Positions 1-12,611 of a stretch of 64,000 nucleotides of DNA are shown here, piece by piece. The position numbers and the translations under genes are program-made. The notes under the pieces were generated by a model. It saw nothing but the letters and a program-made list of their open reading frames with translations. It was not told the DNA's origin and did not search any database. Source of the DNA: Rhynchopus sp. YZ270_cl-10 (taxonomy: Eukaryota). Within the stretch, counting starts at the first letter, position 1; each line of letters opens with the position of its first letter. The stretch lies in NCBI GenBank assembly GCA_964035575.1, contig OZ037846.1, forward strand, positions 1,612,001 to 1,676,000, in the 5' to 3' direction.

Positions 1-1
1 C

Positions 2-166
2 GAGGATGAAGAGGAGTGGTCATGGTCCCCTGCATACACCGAAATGTTTATGCTGAAAGACGTGGCAGCGATCAGGCAGAATGCAGAGATGTCGCCAGTG
101 ATGCAGCAGGTGGTGGAGCGGCTGGACACGCCCATTGTGCCCATCAAAGAAAGCATTGCAGAGTGA
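2..166 (+). CDS. 3' end of an upstream CDS (partial, unknown product)
   Basis: Frame 2 is open from the window start: EDEEEWSWSPAYTEMFMLKDVAAIRQNAEMSPVMQQVVERLDTPIVPIKESIAE*. It has coding-like composition and is followed by T-rich 3' sequence. Confidence 0.5.
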   Translation, partial: EDEEEWSWSPAYTEMFMLKDVAAIRQNAEMSPVMQQVVERLDTPIVPIKESIAE

Positions 167-1606
167 TCTTCTGAATTCAACGTGTGGTTTAGTAATATGA
201 CATTTTTTTTTTTTCTTTTCATATTGTCCAGGCTCTCCGCTAGGATTTCCGATTTTGAAAATATTCTGTTGATGGTCCACGTTGGTGGGGTACATGCTTG
301 CGCCGCAGGCGCACGGTACGCAACTTTTTTTTTTACCAACGCCCGATTTTGACTTTTTTGGGACGTTTGAGCACTCACCTCTCCATATCTTCTTCTCCTG
401 AGCTTTTTTGACAGGTAGAACGGGTCTGAACCACTCAGCAGAACTTTTTTTTTCTTCTCTTTTTTTCCCCATTTTCAAAAAGTTCTGTTGACAATCAACA
501 GAACTTTAGACCTAGCGGAGTGCCTGATATTGTCAGGGATTTTTCTAATTCTGGATTGGGATTGGGATTTCGGAAAAATAAAAAAATTCCCTGAAAAAAA
601 TTCCCTGTTTTTCCCTACAGCAATTTCAGGTACATTCTACTCCACCCCACCCCCAGAGAGTTTCGCCTGTGGGATGCGATCGATCAACGCGATCAAATAA
701 AGCGAAAAAAGGGGAAAAGGAAAAAAAAAAGTCCCGGATTTTTGAGGAAAAAATTGTCTCTGCAGGCGGTTGCTGTAGTTGTGGGTGCGGATGTTCACGT
801 CAGTTGCAGGCAAACGTCCAGCATCAGAGACATTTGAGGTTGTGCACAAGAAGAAGGAGAAGACGTGTCAATCGCATTCAATTATGAGGGTTGGAAGACG
901 GAGGAGATCTCAAATGTTGCGTACCGTGGCTTCGCCAGGAACCTTTGGGTGCCAGGATTGCCGTTTCTTTCATAAATGTACTGAGGTTACTGATAAGGCT
1001 GACACACTACGGATTGTGGTTCACCCCTCCCCACCTGCCTTTTGTGCATCAGAGGGGAGAAAGCGCCACGCCTCCCTGCACTGGCAGGGAGTCGCGCGCG
1101 CGAAGCGCGCGCAGCGACCGCTTTTACGGGGGGAAAGCTCGGGACCCCAAATGACCCCCGGCGAGAGCCCTGACGACATATCGGGAAATTTTTTTTTCCC
1201 CCACAAAAAAGTCAAAAAACAGCTCAAAAACTATACCAAAAAAACAGGGAATTTTTTGGATTGGGATTTCGGAATTTGGCCAAAAAGGGACGGATTTAGA
1301 GATATCCTTGCATATTGTTGTTATGACCGCGAGACTAGCTGTCCTTCACAGAGCTTCAGGAGGAGCGCAACCCTGGATGCAATTTAACGTCCAGCCAGGA
1401 CGTTTTCCGTGGTTTTTTGCAGCAAAGATCGGGTCTTTTGTTTGTGCGCTCAAAGCCGATTGAAAGATGAACTGCTGTTTAGTTCAAGAGCTGAAAAGTT
1501 GACAAATCATACAATAGACTTATTATAGTTGTGATTGAAAAATAGGACTAAAAGTTTTGGAAAAGCAGTGGGGCGAGTTGCAAAAACGCCCTTGCTTAGC
1601 GGTATT

Positions 1607-1821
1607 TGAGTCCATAAGCCCTCCTAAAAGGTAATATTTTGTACTTATGTGTAGGTGAAATAATTTGAACTCGAACTTTTTGCTCGATTTTTGCTCCTTT
1701 GAACTCGGAAACGTCATTCTGAGTTCAAAAGGATGCAAAATCGAGCAAACAGTCTGAGTTGAAGTTATTTCATTTACACATAAGTACATAAGGTTACCTT
1801 TTAGGAGGGCTTATGGACTCA
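1607..1821. mobile_element. MITE-like 215-bp inverted-repeat element
   Basis: TGAGTCCATAAGCCCTCCTAAAAGGTAA at 1607 is the reverse complement of TTACCTTTTAGGAGGGCTTATGGACTCA ending at 1821, with further imperfect inner pairing. No TSD seen. Confidence 0.6.
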
Positions 1822-2375
1822 CCCAGATGTGCACATGATAATTTTACACAAAATAAAAAAGCAAGAGCTACGCATTGTTGGTTTTTGAAATCCCAAAATC
1901 CTCAAACACCTCTGTCCTTTTACAAGGATTGCAGTGCGCAAAAAATTGGGTCACGAAATACTGGTTTCCTGTACATTATTGTTTTGTTTTTTTGAAAATG
2001 TGGCCTGGCCCAAAAAATACACTGCGGCGTACATGGGGCCATATTCTGCACAAGAATTACCCCCATTAGTTATCAAACACACCTACACCTACGCACAACC
2101 GAAAACAATTACACCCATTTTTACTAAATTTAGGGCCCAAAAACGGTGCATAATACTTCTTATGATTTCTTCGGCGGAGGTATTTGTGCCATTCGTTGTT
2201 ACTTACGTAAAAGACGAACCGGGTTTTTATGATTCTTTTTTTAGTTACTCAGAAGCCAATCTACTGAAGTTTCAACTTGTGCATGAAGCATTTTACTTTT
2301 CTCTTTTTGACGTTTTGCAAAACATACCAAATAAAAAGAAAGTTGGGAACATTTTTGTTGATCCCTTAGGAGGTA

Positions 2376-2864
2376 CCCTAACTGTTCGGTCCAATTCGGT
2401 GTAATTCGGTCCATTTCGTTTTTTTTTGAGGAGAAAACCAAAACGGTAATGAAGCTTGCGAAATGCTAGTGGAGGTTTTTTCGTAATGTTTTATACTCCC
2501 CCCCTTACCACACACTTCGCAGAAAAAACTCTTTTTTCGTTCGCGAGTTGTTTTGCGTCTTCCGCAGTTTAAACTTTTTTTTAAACCCGGTATCACTTGT
2601 GATACTGTTTTCATGGATAGACCTGAAAAGGGGCAGCGCACAGGTGGTTCCGTGTCTTGTTTTTCCACAGAACCGACACGTGTGGCGTGTCCCCCAAACA
2701 ACAAAAAAGCAAATGAATAAAAAAGGTTGAAAGGAAAAAGGAAGAACAAAACAGTGTGGTGTACAACAGGGACTATAAAATTTTTTCGCAAAGGGAAATT
2801 TCCCCTTGTACCAGAAAAACCGAAAAAAACGAAATGAAAACCGAAAAAAACCGAAATGTTAGGG
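2376..2864. mobile_element. MITE, TIR CCCTAAC..GTTAGGG, TA-flanked
   Basis: AGGTA|CCCTAAC ... GTTAGGG|TACCT, with subterminal TTCGGT repeats on the left and ACCGAA repeats on the right. The exact TSD is ambiguous because the flanks are palindromic. Confidence 0.6.
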
Positions 2865-2866
2865 TA

Positions 2867-2906
<40 letters not shown>

Positions 2907-3647
2907 TTTTTTTAAATATCTGTAACCTCTCTCTCTTTTACGGCAGGTGACCGGTTGAGGTGATTTCTTGACTTCCGGACTGAGGAAGGGCATTCTTTTA
3001 CTTTTTTATTTGCCTGGAGGGGGTACGGGGCGGCCTCTTGCTAGTTTGTTTTTATTTGTAGTCTTTTGTTGGATTAGGGGCGTGGCTGACGACACGATGA
3101 ACCTCCTTGGCTCAAAGCTGTTAACGCCGTCTAGCCAGGCCTGGCTGTACACTCTAGTCTATAAAAGGGGGGGGGGAGGGAGGGAAACGAAAAGTGAAAA
3201 GTGGAAAAATGGTGACTCTAGTGTCTATGAGGCGGTCCGACGACGCGTCTGCACAAGACTCCGCAGGCGATTGCACAGCTCCGCCGACTTCTTCAGCTCC
3301 CTCGGGCTCAACATCGGCTTCACTGCAGACCTCCACCGCCCACAGTACTCGAAGCCTCCGCTGCCGTCAGTCCGTACCCACCTTGGGAGCTGAAGTGAGT
3401 GGTATTGGGATAGAACAATCTCTCCCACTCTTCGGCCGTCTCTGGAGTAGGCAAGTCAAACCCGGGGCAGGGCGCTATGTCATTCCATACCGGCACAGAG
3501 TTCGGGAGGGCTGGTGGTGCGGATTGGGAGCCACTCTCCGATGATGTGTCTGTGCTGGGGACCGATGTTGCGCCTGGCAAAGGAACTGCGGGTTGGGACC
3601 TGTCGAGGAGGTCCGCGGAGTACGCACTGTCTTGCGAGGCGACGTGT

Positions 3648-3890
3648 GGCTGCTCACTCGTGTCAACGCGGGAGTGAGCTGCCTCAGAGGACGTGTATAC
3701 GGGGAGGGCTGGGGTGGTGTTTGAATAGCCACTCCCCGTATGTGTCCTAGTAGGCTGCGCCTGCGATGAAGCGGCTGGCGGAACAGCGCGGGGCTGCTCA
3801 CTCGTGTTGGAGGTTGAGGGAGCTGCCATAACAGACGCGGGTACGGGGAGGGCTGAGTGGGTATTAGAATAGCCACTCTCCGTATGTGCC
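3648..3890. repeat. Diverged duplication with 144-nt period inside a GC-rich, possibly decayed coding stretch
   Basis: GGCTGCTCACTCGTGT...GAATAGCCACTC.CCGTATGTG at 3648-3747 and 3792-3890, in frame within the minus-strand Ser/Pro/Ala-rich ORF 3320-3949. Confidence 0.55.
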
Positions 3891-4584
3891 TGATACAGTG
3901 GTAATACAAGGCGATTTTTGACCAAAAAAAAAATTTTTTTTTCGCCCAAAATCGGGCGTGGTACGTCATAAAATGGCCCAAAAAATCCAAGGAAAACCTT
4001 CGATTGGGCAAATTATGAAAAAAATTTTCAAGTCAAATTTTCAACCAAAATACGGTCATTTTGTTCACACAGTGATTCTACGTCATGCTAGCTTCCTGTG
4101 CAGAACTCCAGCAATTCACCAATGCCGGCATCTATCTTTCCATTATCGCCATTGCACTTCGTTCACGCCATTGCACTTCGGTCATTTTGTGCATACCCTG
4201 TGACTGTGGTGGCTAGAGAACACGCACATGCAGACCCGTTGCTTGCAATTTCCAGTGTTGTGTTTATCAATGCATGCATCCAGAGGACCTCTGGTTTACG
4301 AAATCGTAGGCACTCCTGTGCAAAAATGAAGTCGGTTTTTGACCCAAAATCGGGGTGGGTGGGCCATAATTTGCTCCAAATTTGGCCGAAAATTGGGATT
4401 TTTCTGAAAATTTTCATTGTGCCCAGCAAAAATCCTTGATTTTTTGAAGAATTTTCCAAAAAATATGCTATACCCCCTATGACTGGACCCAACTCCCCTC
4501 ACCCTTTTTTTCCCCTAAAAAAGCCCCCAAAATTCCTACCATTTTTACCATTTTTACCATTTTTGACCAATTTAGGGTACCTCC

Positions 4585-5170
4585 TTTCGGCAAATTGACC
4601 CCACCACAGAACCGGCGGATTCAGGAAATGCAAATGCCGGTGTTTTCGGCAAAATAAAAAATACAAGATGCCCGCGTTTTTTTTTTGCAAAATGTACACG
4701 AATGGGGGGCCCTTAAACCCCTGCTACCATGTGCTTCTACAGGCAAATACTTGGACCCCTTGGGACTTACACTGACGGGTTTTGACCAAAATCAAGAACT
4801 TGTCCATTTTGGCAAATTGACCCCACCACAGAACGGACGGATTCCGGAAACGCAAATGCCGGTGTTTTTGCACATTTTCATGGTTTCAGCATCAGAGAGA
4901 GAAAATCTGGGTTGTGGGATTTACCTTGGCCCCTTTACCTTACACTCATTTTGACCACAGCGCGGAGAGATCCCGGAAATGCCAATCGCGGCATGTTTTG
5001 GGGCTGAAAAATTTTCACCTGAAAATTTTTTTCAGCAGCATTTTTTGTCCGAAAATGGGCCCCACGTATTAGTGACCGGGCTCATATTTTCAAAAATTTA
5101 AGTGGTCAAAAAATTGTCCAATTTTCGAGATTGACCCCACCACTTTCTGGACGGATTCCGGAAATGCCAA
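4585..5170 (+). repeat. Dispersed repeat family (core TTGACCCCACCAC...ACGGATTCCGGAAATGC)
   Basis: Copies near 4590, 4812, 5128, 7160, 11655, 37810 and 63020; inverted copies near 8240, 29260-29340 and 29400-29480. Confidence 0.7.
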
Positions 5171-5347
5171 AAAACTGTGTTTTGGGTCACGAATTTGCAC
5201 CCCGTCACCCAAAAACCAGCAAAAAATAGGGGAAAAAAAACAAAAAATGTCCGCGTTTTGGGGGGGGGGGGGAGGGGGGGGTCTGAAATTCCCCAAAAAC
5301 GCGGACATTGTCCGCGTTTTTTGTTTTGATGCCACCCCTAAACACAT

Positions 5348-6120
5348 CAGTGTTTTTTCTAGGATTTGGGGTTTTTGGCTGACGGGGGTGCACAGGGCAA
5401 AAAAGTGCGTGTATATTTTTTCCCCCGCGGTTGACCATGCAACAGGGGATTAAAAAGGATTTGGGGGTTTTCGCTGAAACTCGGTCAAAACTCGGTCGAA
5501 CCCGGTCCCCAACCCAGCTCAAGTTGGGGGCCTCCGGCGGATATGGGAATTCCTCAGTTATTCAACTGCGGAGTTCGGCACTTCATTGATATTTGCACTA
5601 GACACACGTGGTGCACGAAGTACCAGTAACCTCAGGACATTTACAAAAGAAACGGCGGTCATGGCACCCAAAGGTTCCTGGCGAAGCCACGGTACGCAAC
5701 ATTTCTAAGAAATGATGGCATAAAATGGCACTTTCGTTGGTAATTATCTAAAATGAAAGTTTCTGGCGAAGCCACGGTACGCAACGTTTCAAAAAATTGC
5801 GCTTAAAATTGCACATTTTTACTGCCCAACAGAGAAGAGCTACACTTACAGCACCTGGGACGCAAAACAGTTATGTTTGCAGCTAGGAAATTGGAAACGC
5901 CGACTCCTTACTTCCTGGTGAGGCTCGCGAGAGCATGATGGGGAAGGTGAAAGGGGGGCAGAGTGGTAGGGGTGGGTCCCACCCCCAACCGCCCTGCCCC
6001 TCCGCCCCCAAGGGGGGCCGCTAGGGGGTGCACTAGGGGGTGCGTGCACCCCCTTGAAATCTCAAAAAATTCTGACGGGGGTGCGCGCGCACCCCCGCAC
6101 CCCCTCCAGAAAAAACACTG
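5348..6120. mobile_element. Non-autonomous hAT-like element
   Basis: TIR CAGTGTTTTTTCT / AGAAAAAACACTG; perfect 8-bp TSD AAACACAT at 5340-5347 and 6121-6128. Confidence 0.85.
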
Positions 6121-6704
6121 AAACACATAGTATTGTGGAAGCGAACAACAAACAACTATTAATTTTTCCCCCTTCCCGTTTTTAGCCTTTTGAGCAACAA
6201 GCAAAGAGTAACGAGTCTCCAGAGCATTTTCCTACAAGGCAGAGAAAGAGCACTTTGTAGTCAACTTCCCCTCCCGTGGCTACACACAACAGCTTAGACA
6301 CATCTTGCCAATATTTTCCGCCACGAGACCTGACGATCTATTTACCGAATGTGTCCTCGTGTGCACTGGTGTGCTAATGCAGTTCTTTACAGGACACGTT
6401 GCACATAAGGAAAGGACGTTACACGAGGCCCTGCACGCAGGGTGCTCTCTACTCCACGTGCACGTTCTCTCACGGTACGCAGCACTCATTTGTCCCAATC
6501 TGTGCCTGAGCTCGACCGAGCTGCGTTTTTAGCACGTTGCACTACTTTTTATGTGACGGAGGAGCTTCGCAACTTGGCTCTCATGAGCAGCAAGGATTGT
6601 GCAGGTCTTTGCGGGGTTGGCTTTTACAAGCCTTACCTCTCCACCAGGTTCTTAATGTTGATGGGTAGTCATGAGTAGTCTTGATCTCTCACGCAAGGTG
6701 TTTA

Positions 6705-8479
6705 GGGTAGGCACACTTTTTTTTTTGTTTAATGCTCGCGCGCGCGGAAAATTTTGAGATTCCAAAAAAAAAAAAAACATGGAAGAAAAAAAAACATTGC
6801 CTTACGTCAACAGGTTATCTTGACTTTCCTTCCCGTCTTCCTCCACGGGAAAAATCAACCAAATATATCTTCGAACACAGAATCCTCCATATACGAGTGG
6901 GTCACATGATATAATTCCAGCATGTGACCCCACCTGTGGAGAGCAATCGGCTCGCGCATCAAAAGAATGTAGAGAAAAGGGGAAAAGAAAAAGACAAAAG
7001 TTGGGTACCGTGCGCCTGCGGCGCTACCTGTCCCCAGTCAAAAACGCCACAATTTTATCCGAATTTGGATTTTCCGACCTGAAAATGACCCTTGTTTATG
7101 AGTATGGGTTCATATTTTGTGGAAATTTATGCCACTAAAATGTTGTTCATTTTTCTGTACATCCCCCACCACAGAACGAGCGGATTCTGGAAATGCAAAT
7201 GCCGGTGTTTTCGGCATTTTCATGTTTTCAGGATCAGGGAGAGAAAATCTGGGTGCGGGATTTACCTTGCCCCCTTTGCACTCATTTTGACTAAAGCCAA
7301 GAACTTGGCCTTTTCTGCAAAGTGAACCCACTACAGCGCGGACGGATACCGGAAATGCCAATCGCGGCATGTTTTGGGCTGAAAACTCACTGTTTTTTCA
7401 GGGGAAAAAATTGCTTCCGGATGTCGGAATTTCCGGAAAATTTCCAGAATTAGAAAACAGCCTGGCTTCGATGTTTTATTTTTGCTGTGTCTCTGTGTGT
7501 GTTTTTTTTTTCTTTGTGTGTTTTTTTCTGCGCGCGCGCGCGGAACTTTTTGGGACCCGACCGAGCATTAAACAAAAAACAAGTAATTGCTATCGGAAAA
7601 AAAACGGGGTGTGATGTGGAACTCCATCCTGTAGAAATAATCTACAATACGCCCAGCATTCTGCTCTTCTGCAGGTATGCTAACGCTCTTCGTACGCTGC
7701 CAGACCCACTGGGACGCCAGCATCTGAAACGTTCAAGAAGAGGGGTCTGTCCTCTTCGTCCAGCACCATCTGCTCGATAGCGTTGTTGGACGTCGGCTCG
7801 GCAGGCTCGGCGTGTTCCAGCTCGTTTTTGTCCACAGACTCCCCACATTGTCGTCGTCGTTGGAGCAGTGTGGAAGGAACACAGAATGCACAGACTACAA
7901 CACATCGATCACACCAGGCACATCAGCACCTCCAGCAAATCGCCAGGATGCTACGGTGGTTTCGAAAAGCGCGCGGAGTTTTCCACAGCACACCCCGCTT
8001 TTTTCTTAGCAATTATGGTGTGGCTACAAAAAAAGTACAAAAGAAGTACAAAAATTACACTTTATTTTTGGAGTTAGCCACACCAAATTACTTGTCCTTG
8101 TTGTTATTGTTGTTTTCAACCACCTTCCTTCAACCCTTGTAGGATCAGTTGTTATTTTTTTCGCGAAAACATGAAATTACACATTTCAAGAGAACAAATT
8201 AAAAAGGGTCCTTATTTGCATTTTTGGGCTCCGCCCGTGCAGTGGTGGGGTCAATCTCGAAAATTGGACAATTTTTTGACCACTTAAATTTTGAGAAATA
8301 TGAGCCCGGTTCCTTATACGTGGGGCCCATTTTCGGCTAAAATTTTCCTCAAAATCTGGTTTTGTAAAATTGACCCTTTACTCCCCCCCCACATCGATTT
8401 CAATACTATACCTTACTTCACCTACGGTTGCCCTTACAGGGGGGGTGAAGGAAGGTAAGTTGAAAAATTGTGCCTACCC
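6705..8479. mobile_element. Non-autonomous PIF/Harbinger-like element
   Basis: TIR GGGTAGGCACA / TGTGCCTACCC; TTA TSD at 6702-6704 and 8480-8482. The empty site GCAAGGTGTTTATC is present upstream of the paralogous cyclase at about 12445-12456. Confidence 0.85.
7580..8463 (-). mobile_element. ~0.85-kb TSD-less repeat element, copy 1 (nested in the Harbinger-like element)
   Basis: Reverse complement of 11452-12254, with the same termini TCAACTTACC...GCAATTACTTG, flanked by T runs in element orientation. Confidence 0.75.
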
Positions 8480-8798
8480 TTATCCTTTTTATGCTTTTTC
8501 GTCACACCTTTCTCTTTATGCTCTGTGTCACAATGGCTGCACCCACACATGACGCAACGGTGCACATCCCTGCCCTCCGCACACGGTTGTCTGATCGAGA
8601 GGATCCTGACAGCAGTGCAGCACAACAAGGGTGTGCGACACGTTTGTTGGCGTCAAGATACTTGCGATAAAAACCAACGATCGATGTTCTGGAATTGACC
8701 ACATTTTCGGTCCATCTTCATGCACACAAGACACGTGGAGCAGATCCGTCTGTGCGACTGAATATCATGCCTCTTGTGTGGCATGTGTTCTGACACCT

Positions 8799-8820
8799 CC
8801 ACCCACCCCCATTTCCACAG
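8799..8820 (+). promoter_or_regulatory. Putative SL trans-splice acceptor (C/A-rich tract + CAG)
   Basis: CCACCCACCCCCATTTCCACAG ends 9 nt before the cyclase ATG. Identical tracts end at 12602 and 60436; similar C/A-rich CAG acceptors end at 24684, 38557, 41304, 44547 and 49572. Confidence 0.55.
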
Positions 8821-8829
8821 GATCTTACA

Positions 8830-10970
8830 ATGTACACAATGCGCTGTCTAGAAGGTGTGCTGTCGTTGGACGGGACACTGGACGCTCGAGCACGTCGGAA
8901 GCGGGCGTTGTTCTTCGTGATGTGCTTTGTGGCACTGTGTTCGGCATCGTTGGCGGGTTTCAGGACTGTGGTGAGTCCTCAGGGACGGTACGTTTACGTT
9001 GCATCCTACGTTCTTGGTGTTGCTGTACTACTTGCCGGTGTCGTGCTGGTCCTGTGCAGAGTCAAGCTGACCACACGCATCATCGTCTCTTGTTGCTACC
9101 TGTTGGCTCTCGCAGTCGTCGGGATCGACATCGCCGTGCGTGCCACAGAGAGAGTTGCATGGCCACTGCTCGTGCTCATCGTTGACGTGCTCCTTGTGAT
9201 GGAGGTGCCCGCACACTACAGCATGGGTGTCGTCTGCTTTGGTCTTGTATACTTCTTTGTCATGTGTCTCGAAGAGGTCTTCAGGTTTGGCATCCTCGAC
9301 CTGCCAGGTCTCAGGCCGCAGGAGTACAGACGTGAGTACATGGCCAACAGGATGAGCTGCACTGACTATCCGTGCCCTAATATTGAAGGATTTTCCAGTC
9401 AGATGGTTGCTGGGATGGTGTTCGTGGTGGACTTCATCGCAACGCGAGGCTTTGCACGAGCTGTCCTGAAGGAGCAGGAGTCAATGGAGCGGACGATCAA
9501 CGTTGTGCAAGAGATTGCGTCGTTGCTGGCTGGCTACGACGTGGAGCAGGTGGCGGAGCTGTTGAAGACGCATGAGGGTGACCTGCCTGAGGGGATGACA
9601 GAGGCACTGCGTAACTTGGAGGAGAACCTGCGGAAGTACCGTCCCTACCTCCCTGCTGCGCTGTTTGAGGCTGAGGTGGATGAAGACGGTGTGCAGCAGC
9701 CGACTGTGGCACCGCCTGGGCTTGACAGCGAGACAGCAACAATTGTGTTCACAGACATCCGTGCGTCGACGTCGATCTGGGAAAATGCACCTGAGGGGAT
9801 GCGTGCTGGACTGCAGATCCACAACGCTGTGATGCGTGAGGTGATGCGGATGTGCGGTGGGTACGAGGTGAAGACCATTGGCGACGCATTCATGATTGCC
9901 TTTGCATCCACTTGCGACGGTGTGGCGTTTGGATTGCGTGTGCAGGAACGTCTGTTTGAAGCAGACTGGCCTGCGTCTCTGCTTGAGGATGCACCAATCT
10001 GCTGTCGGCAGGGGTCGCTGTGGGGTGGTCTGACTGTGCGCATTGGTGTGAACACTGGCCCTGTGACTGTGGAGCAGAACACACTGACGGGACGGACCGA
10101 CTACTTCGGACACACAGTGAACGTTGCTCACGACTTGAGAGCACATGCACACCTGGTGCTGTGGCTTTGCCCTCTGACCTGTGGACATCTGTCTCTGGGT
10201 CGTGCAGTGCTGTTGCTGGTGTGCCAGAAGCAGTTCATTTGAAGGGTGTGTCTGGGAGCACGTTGGTGTGCTGTGTGTGGCCTGTCTCGCTTGGGGGACG
10301 AAGGGAGACACCACTTTGCGAGTTTTCTCCGCCCCCTAAGCGAATGTCCAGTGCGAAGCTGGACAAGAGTCAAAATTTGCTTCAAACGATGAGGAGCAGA
10401 TGTTCGTCGTTAGCTTCGCAGGGGTCTTCACACTCACGATTGGAATACTCGACCCGCCAGGTCTCGGGCACTGTGGGAGTTGCACAGCTTGCAGTGGGCG
10501 ACGTGACACAGAGCACAGCTTTCCCACACATGAGCTCCGGACTCACAACACTGACGATCGCACTGGAGCAGAGTGGAGGGAGTCTGGTGACGCTGCTTGG
10601 GAACTGTGTGTGTGTTGGGTGGAACGTGTCGCGTTCTGCACCTGCACACATGGAGAACGCGATACGGTTTGTGCAGCGCATGTCTGTGAAGTCTGCACTG
10701 AACGGTGCTGGTCTTGCAAGCGGCCCTGTGCAGCACGGGGATGTTGGTGCACGGAGCCAGCGCTTCGTGACTGTGATGGGGGATGTTGTGCGTCGGAGTT
10801 GGGCGCTGTGCGAGGAGGCTGTGCGTGACGGGGTTGTGTGTCTGTACGAGCCTCCTGAAGGGACAACACTGCCGTCTGCACTTGAAGACGTTCTTGTCCG
10901 GCACAAGGGTTGTTACCGTGTCCTTGAGGCACAAAGCAGCAGAGCTAGGGAATGCGACAACGTGTTTTAG
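8830..10970 (+). pseudogene. Multi-TM class III adenylate cyclase, frameshifted copy (or sequencing error)
   Basis: Paralogue of 12612-14717. One A is missing between 10127 and 10128 (GTTGC-TCACGA vs GTTGCATCACGA), breaking NVASRL. The downstream frame continues RLESTCTPG... to a stop at 10970. Confidence 0.8.
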
Positions 10971-11451
10971 TCGTGCTCGCGACTACGGTATGTGCTAGGG
11001 TATATATGCTGGGCAGTGGCTTCCCCATGCTATGAAAGGTGTTTGCACTCGGAGCATGGAACAGCGACCAACAGTCAGGCCAGGGCTTGCTCTGCCACAC
11101 CTTGTGGTTGCGGTGTGCCCTGTGAGGACGTGCCATGTAAATCACTACGACAGCGTGAGACCCCACTGTTGCCACAGTATGGGACGCCACGAGAGAGGTG
11201 TTGTGATTCTCCCCTCTGTTCTCTTTTGTCGACAATCGTGCGCTACTCACGGAGTCACAGCTCAGCAGCAGAAGGTGGGCCGGCTGACGAGTGGTTGTGT
11301 AAAGCACCCGTTCACACTACGGTACGTGTAATAAATTAGTATTCCTTTTACTCCTTCTGTTGTTGGCTGCAGGGTACGTTGTGCTTTTCTCCAGATGGCT
11401 GGCATCGTACGTGGGTCAGTAGGAGGTGCCTGCATCAACAATTACATTTTG

Positions 11452-12254
11452 TCAACTTACCTTCCTTCACCCCCCCTGTAAGGGCAACCGAAGGTGAAGT
11501 AAGGTATAGTATTGAAATCGATGTGGGGGGGGGAAAGGGTCAATTTTACAAAACCAGATTTTGAGGAAAATTTTAGCCGAAAATGGGCCCCACGTATAAG
11601 CAACCGGGCTCATATTTCTCAAAATTTAAGTGGTCAAAAAATTGTCCAATTTTCGAGATTGACCCCACCACTGCACGGGCGGAGCCCAAAAATGCAAATA
11701 AGGACCCTTTTTAATTTGTTCTCTTGAAATGTGTAATTTCATGTTTTCGCGAAAAAATAACGACTGATCCTACAAGGGTTGAAGGAAGGTGGTTGAAAAC
11801 AACAATAACAACAAGGACAAGAAATTGCTAAGAAAAAAAACGGTGTGTGCTGTGGAAAACCCCGCGCGATTTGCGAAACCACCGTAGCATCCTGGCGATT
11901 TACTGGAGGTGCTGATGCGCCTGGTGTGATCGATGTGTTGTAGTCTGTGCATTCTGTGCTTCTTCCGCACTCCAACGACGACGACAATGTGGGGAGCCTG
12001 TGGACAAAAACGAGCTGGAACACGCCGAGCCTGCCGAGCCGACGTCCAACAACGCTATCGAGCAGATGGTGCTGGACGGAGAGGACAGCGCCCCTTCTTG
12101 AACGTTTCAGATGCTGGCGTCCCAGTGGATCTGGCAGCGTACGAAGAGCGTTAACATACCTGCAGAAGAGCAGAATGCTGGACGTGCTGTAGATTATTTC
12201 TACAGGATGGAGTTCCACATCACACCCCGTTTTTTTTCCGATAGCAATTACTTG
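11452..12254 (+). mobile_element. ~0.8-kb TSD-less repeat element, copy 2 (G-tract unfilled)
   Basis: Starts TCAACTTACC with a hairpin at 11459-11505, has G9 at 11525-11533 and ends GCAATTACTTG. Absent at the paralogous position upstream of the first cyclase (about 6225). Confidence 0.8.
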
Positions 12255-12611
12255 TTTTTACTCCAAGGGAGAGACAGAGTATTTTGTAGTCAATTTTCCC
12301 CTCCCGTGACTACGCCAAGACTGTGGGCTCTCATGAGCAGCAAGGATTGTGCAGGTCTTTGCGGGGTTGGCTTTTACAAGCCTTACCTCTCCACCAGGTT
12401 CTTAATGTTGATGTGTAGTCATGAGTAGTCTTGATCTCTCACGCAAGGTGTTTATCTTTTTTATGCTTTTTCGTCACCCCTTTGTCTTCATGCTCTGTGT
12501 CACTTTGGCTGCACCCCATACAAGACGCGACGGTGCACGCGGTCGATCTTCATGCATACAAGACATGTGTTCTGACACCTCCACCCACCCCCATTTCCAC
12601 AGGATCTTACA

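Noticed and set aside
3154..3949. Intact minus-strand gene
   Set aside because: No ATG-led coherent frame, no recognisable domain, and it opposes the gene cluster; at most a decayed remnant.
11453..11525. U1 snRNA-like start (AACTTACCT)
   Set aside because: The motif is partly locked in a hairpin, no Sm site is evident, and it is the terminus of a three-copy mobile repeat.
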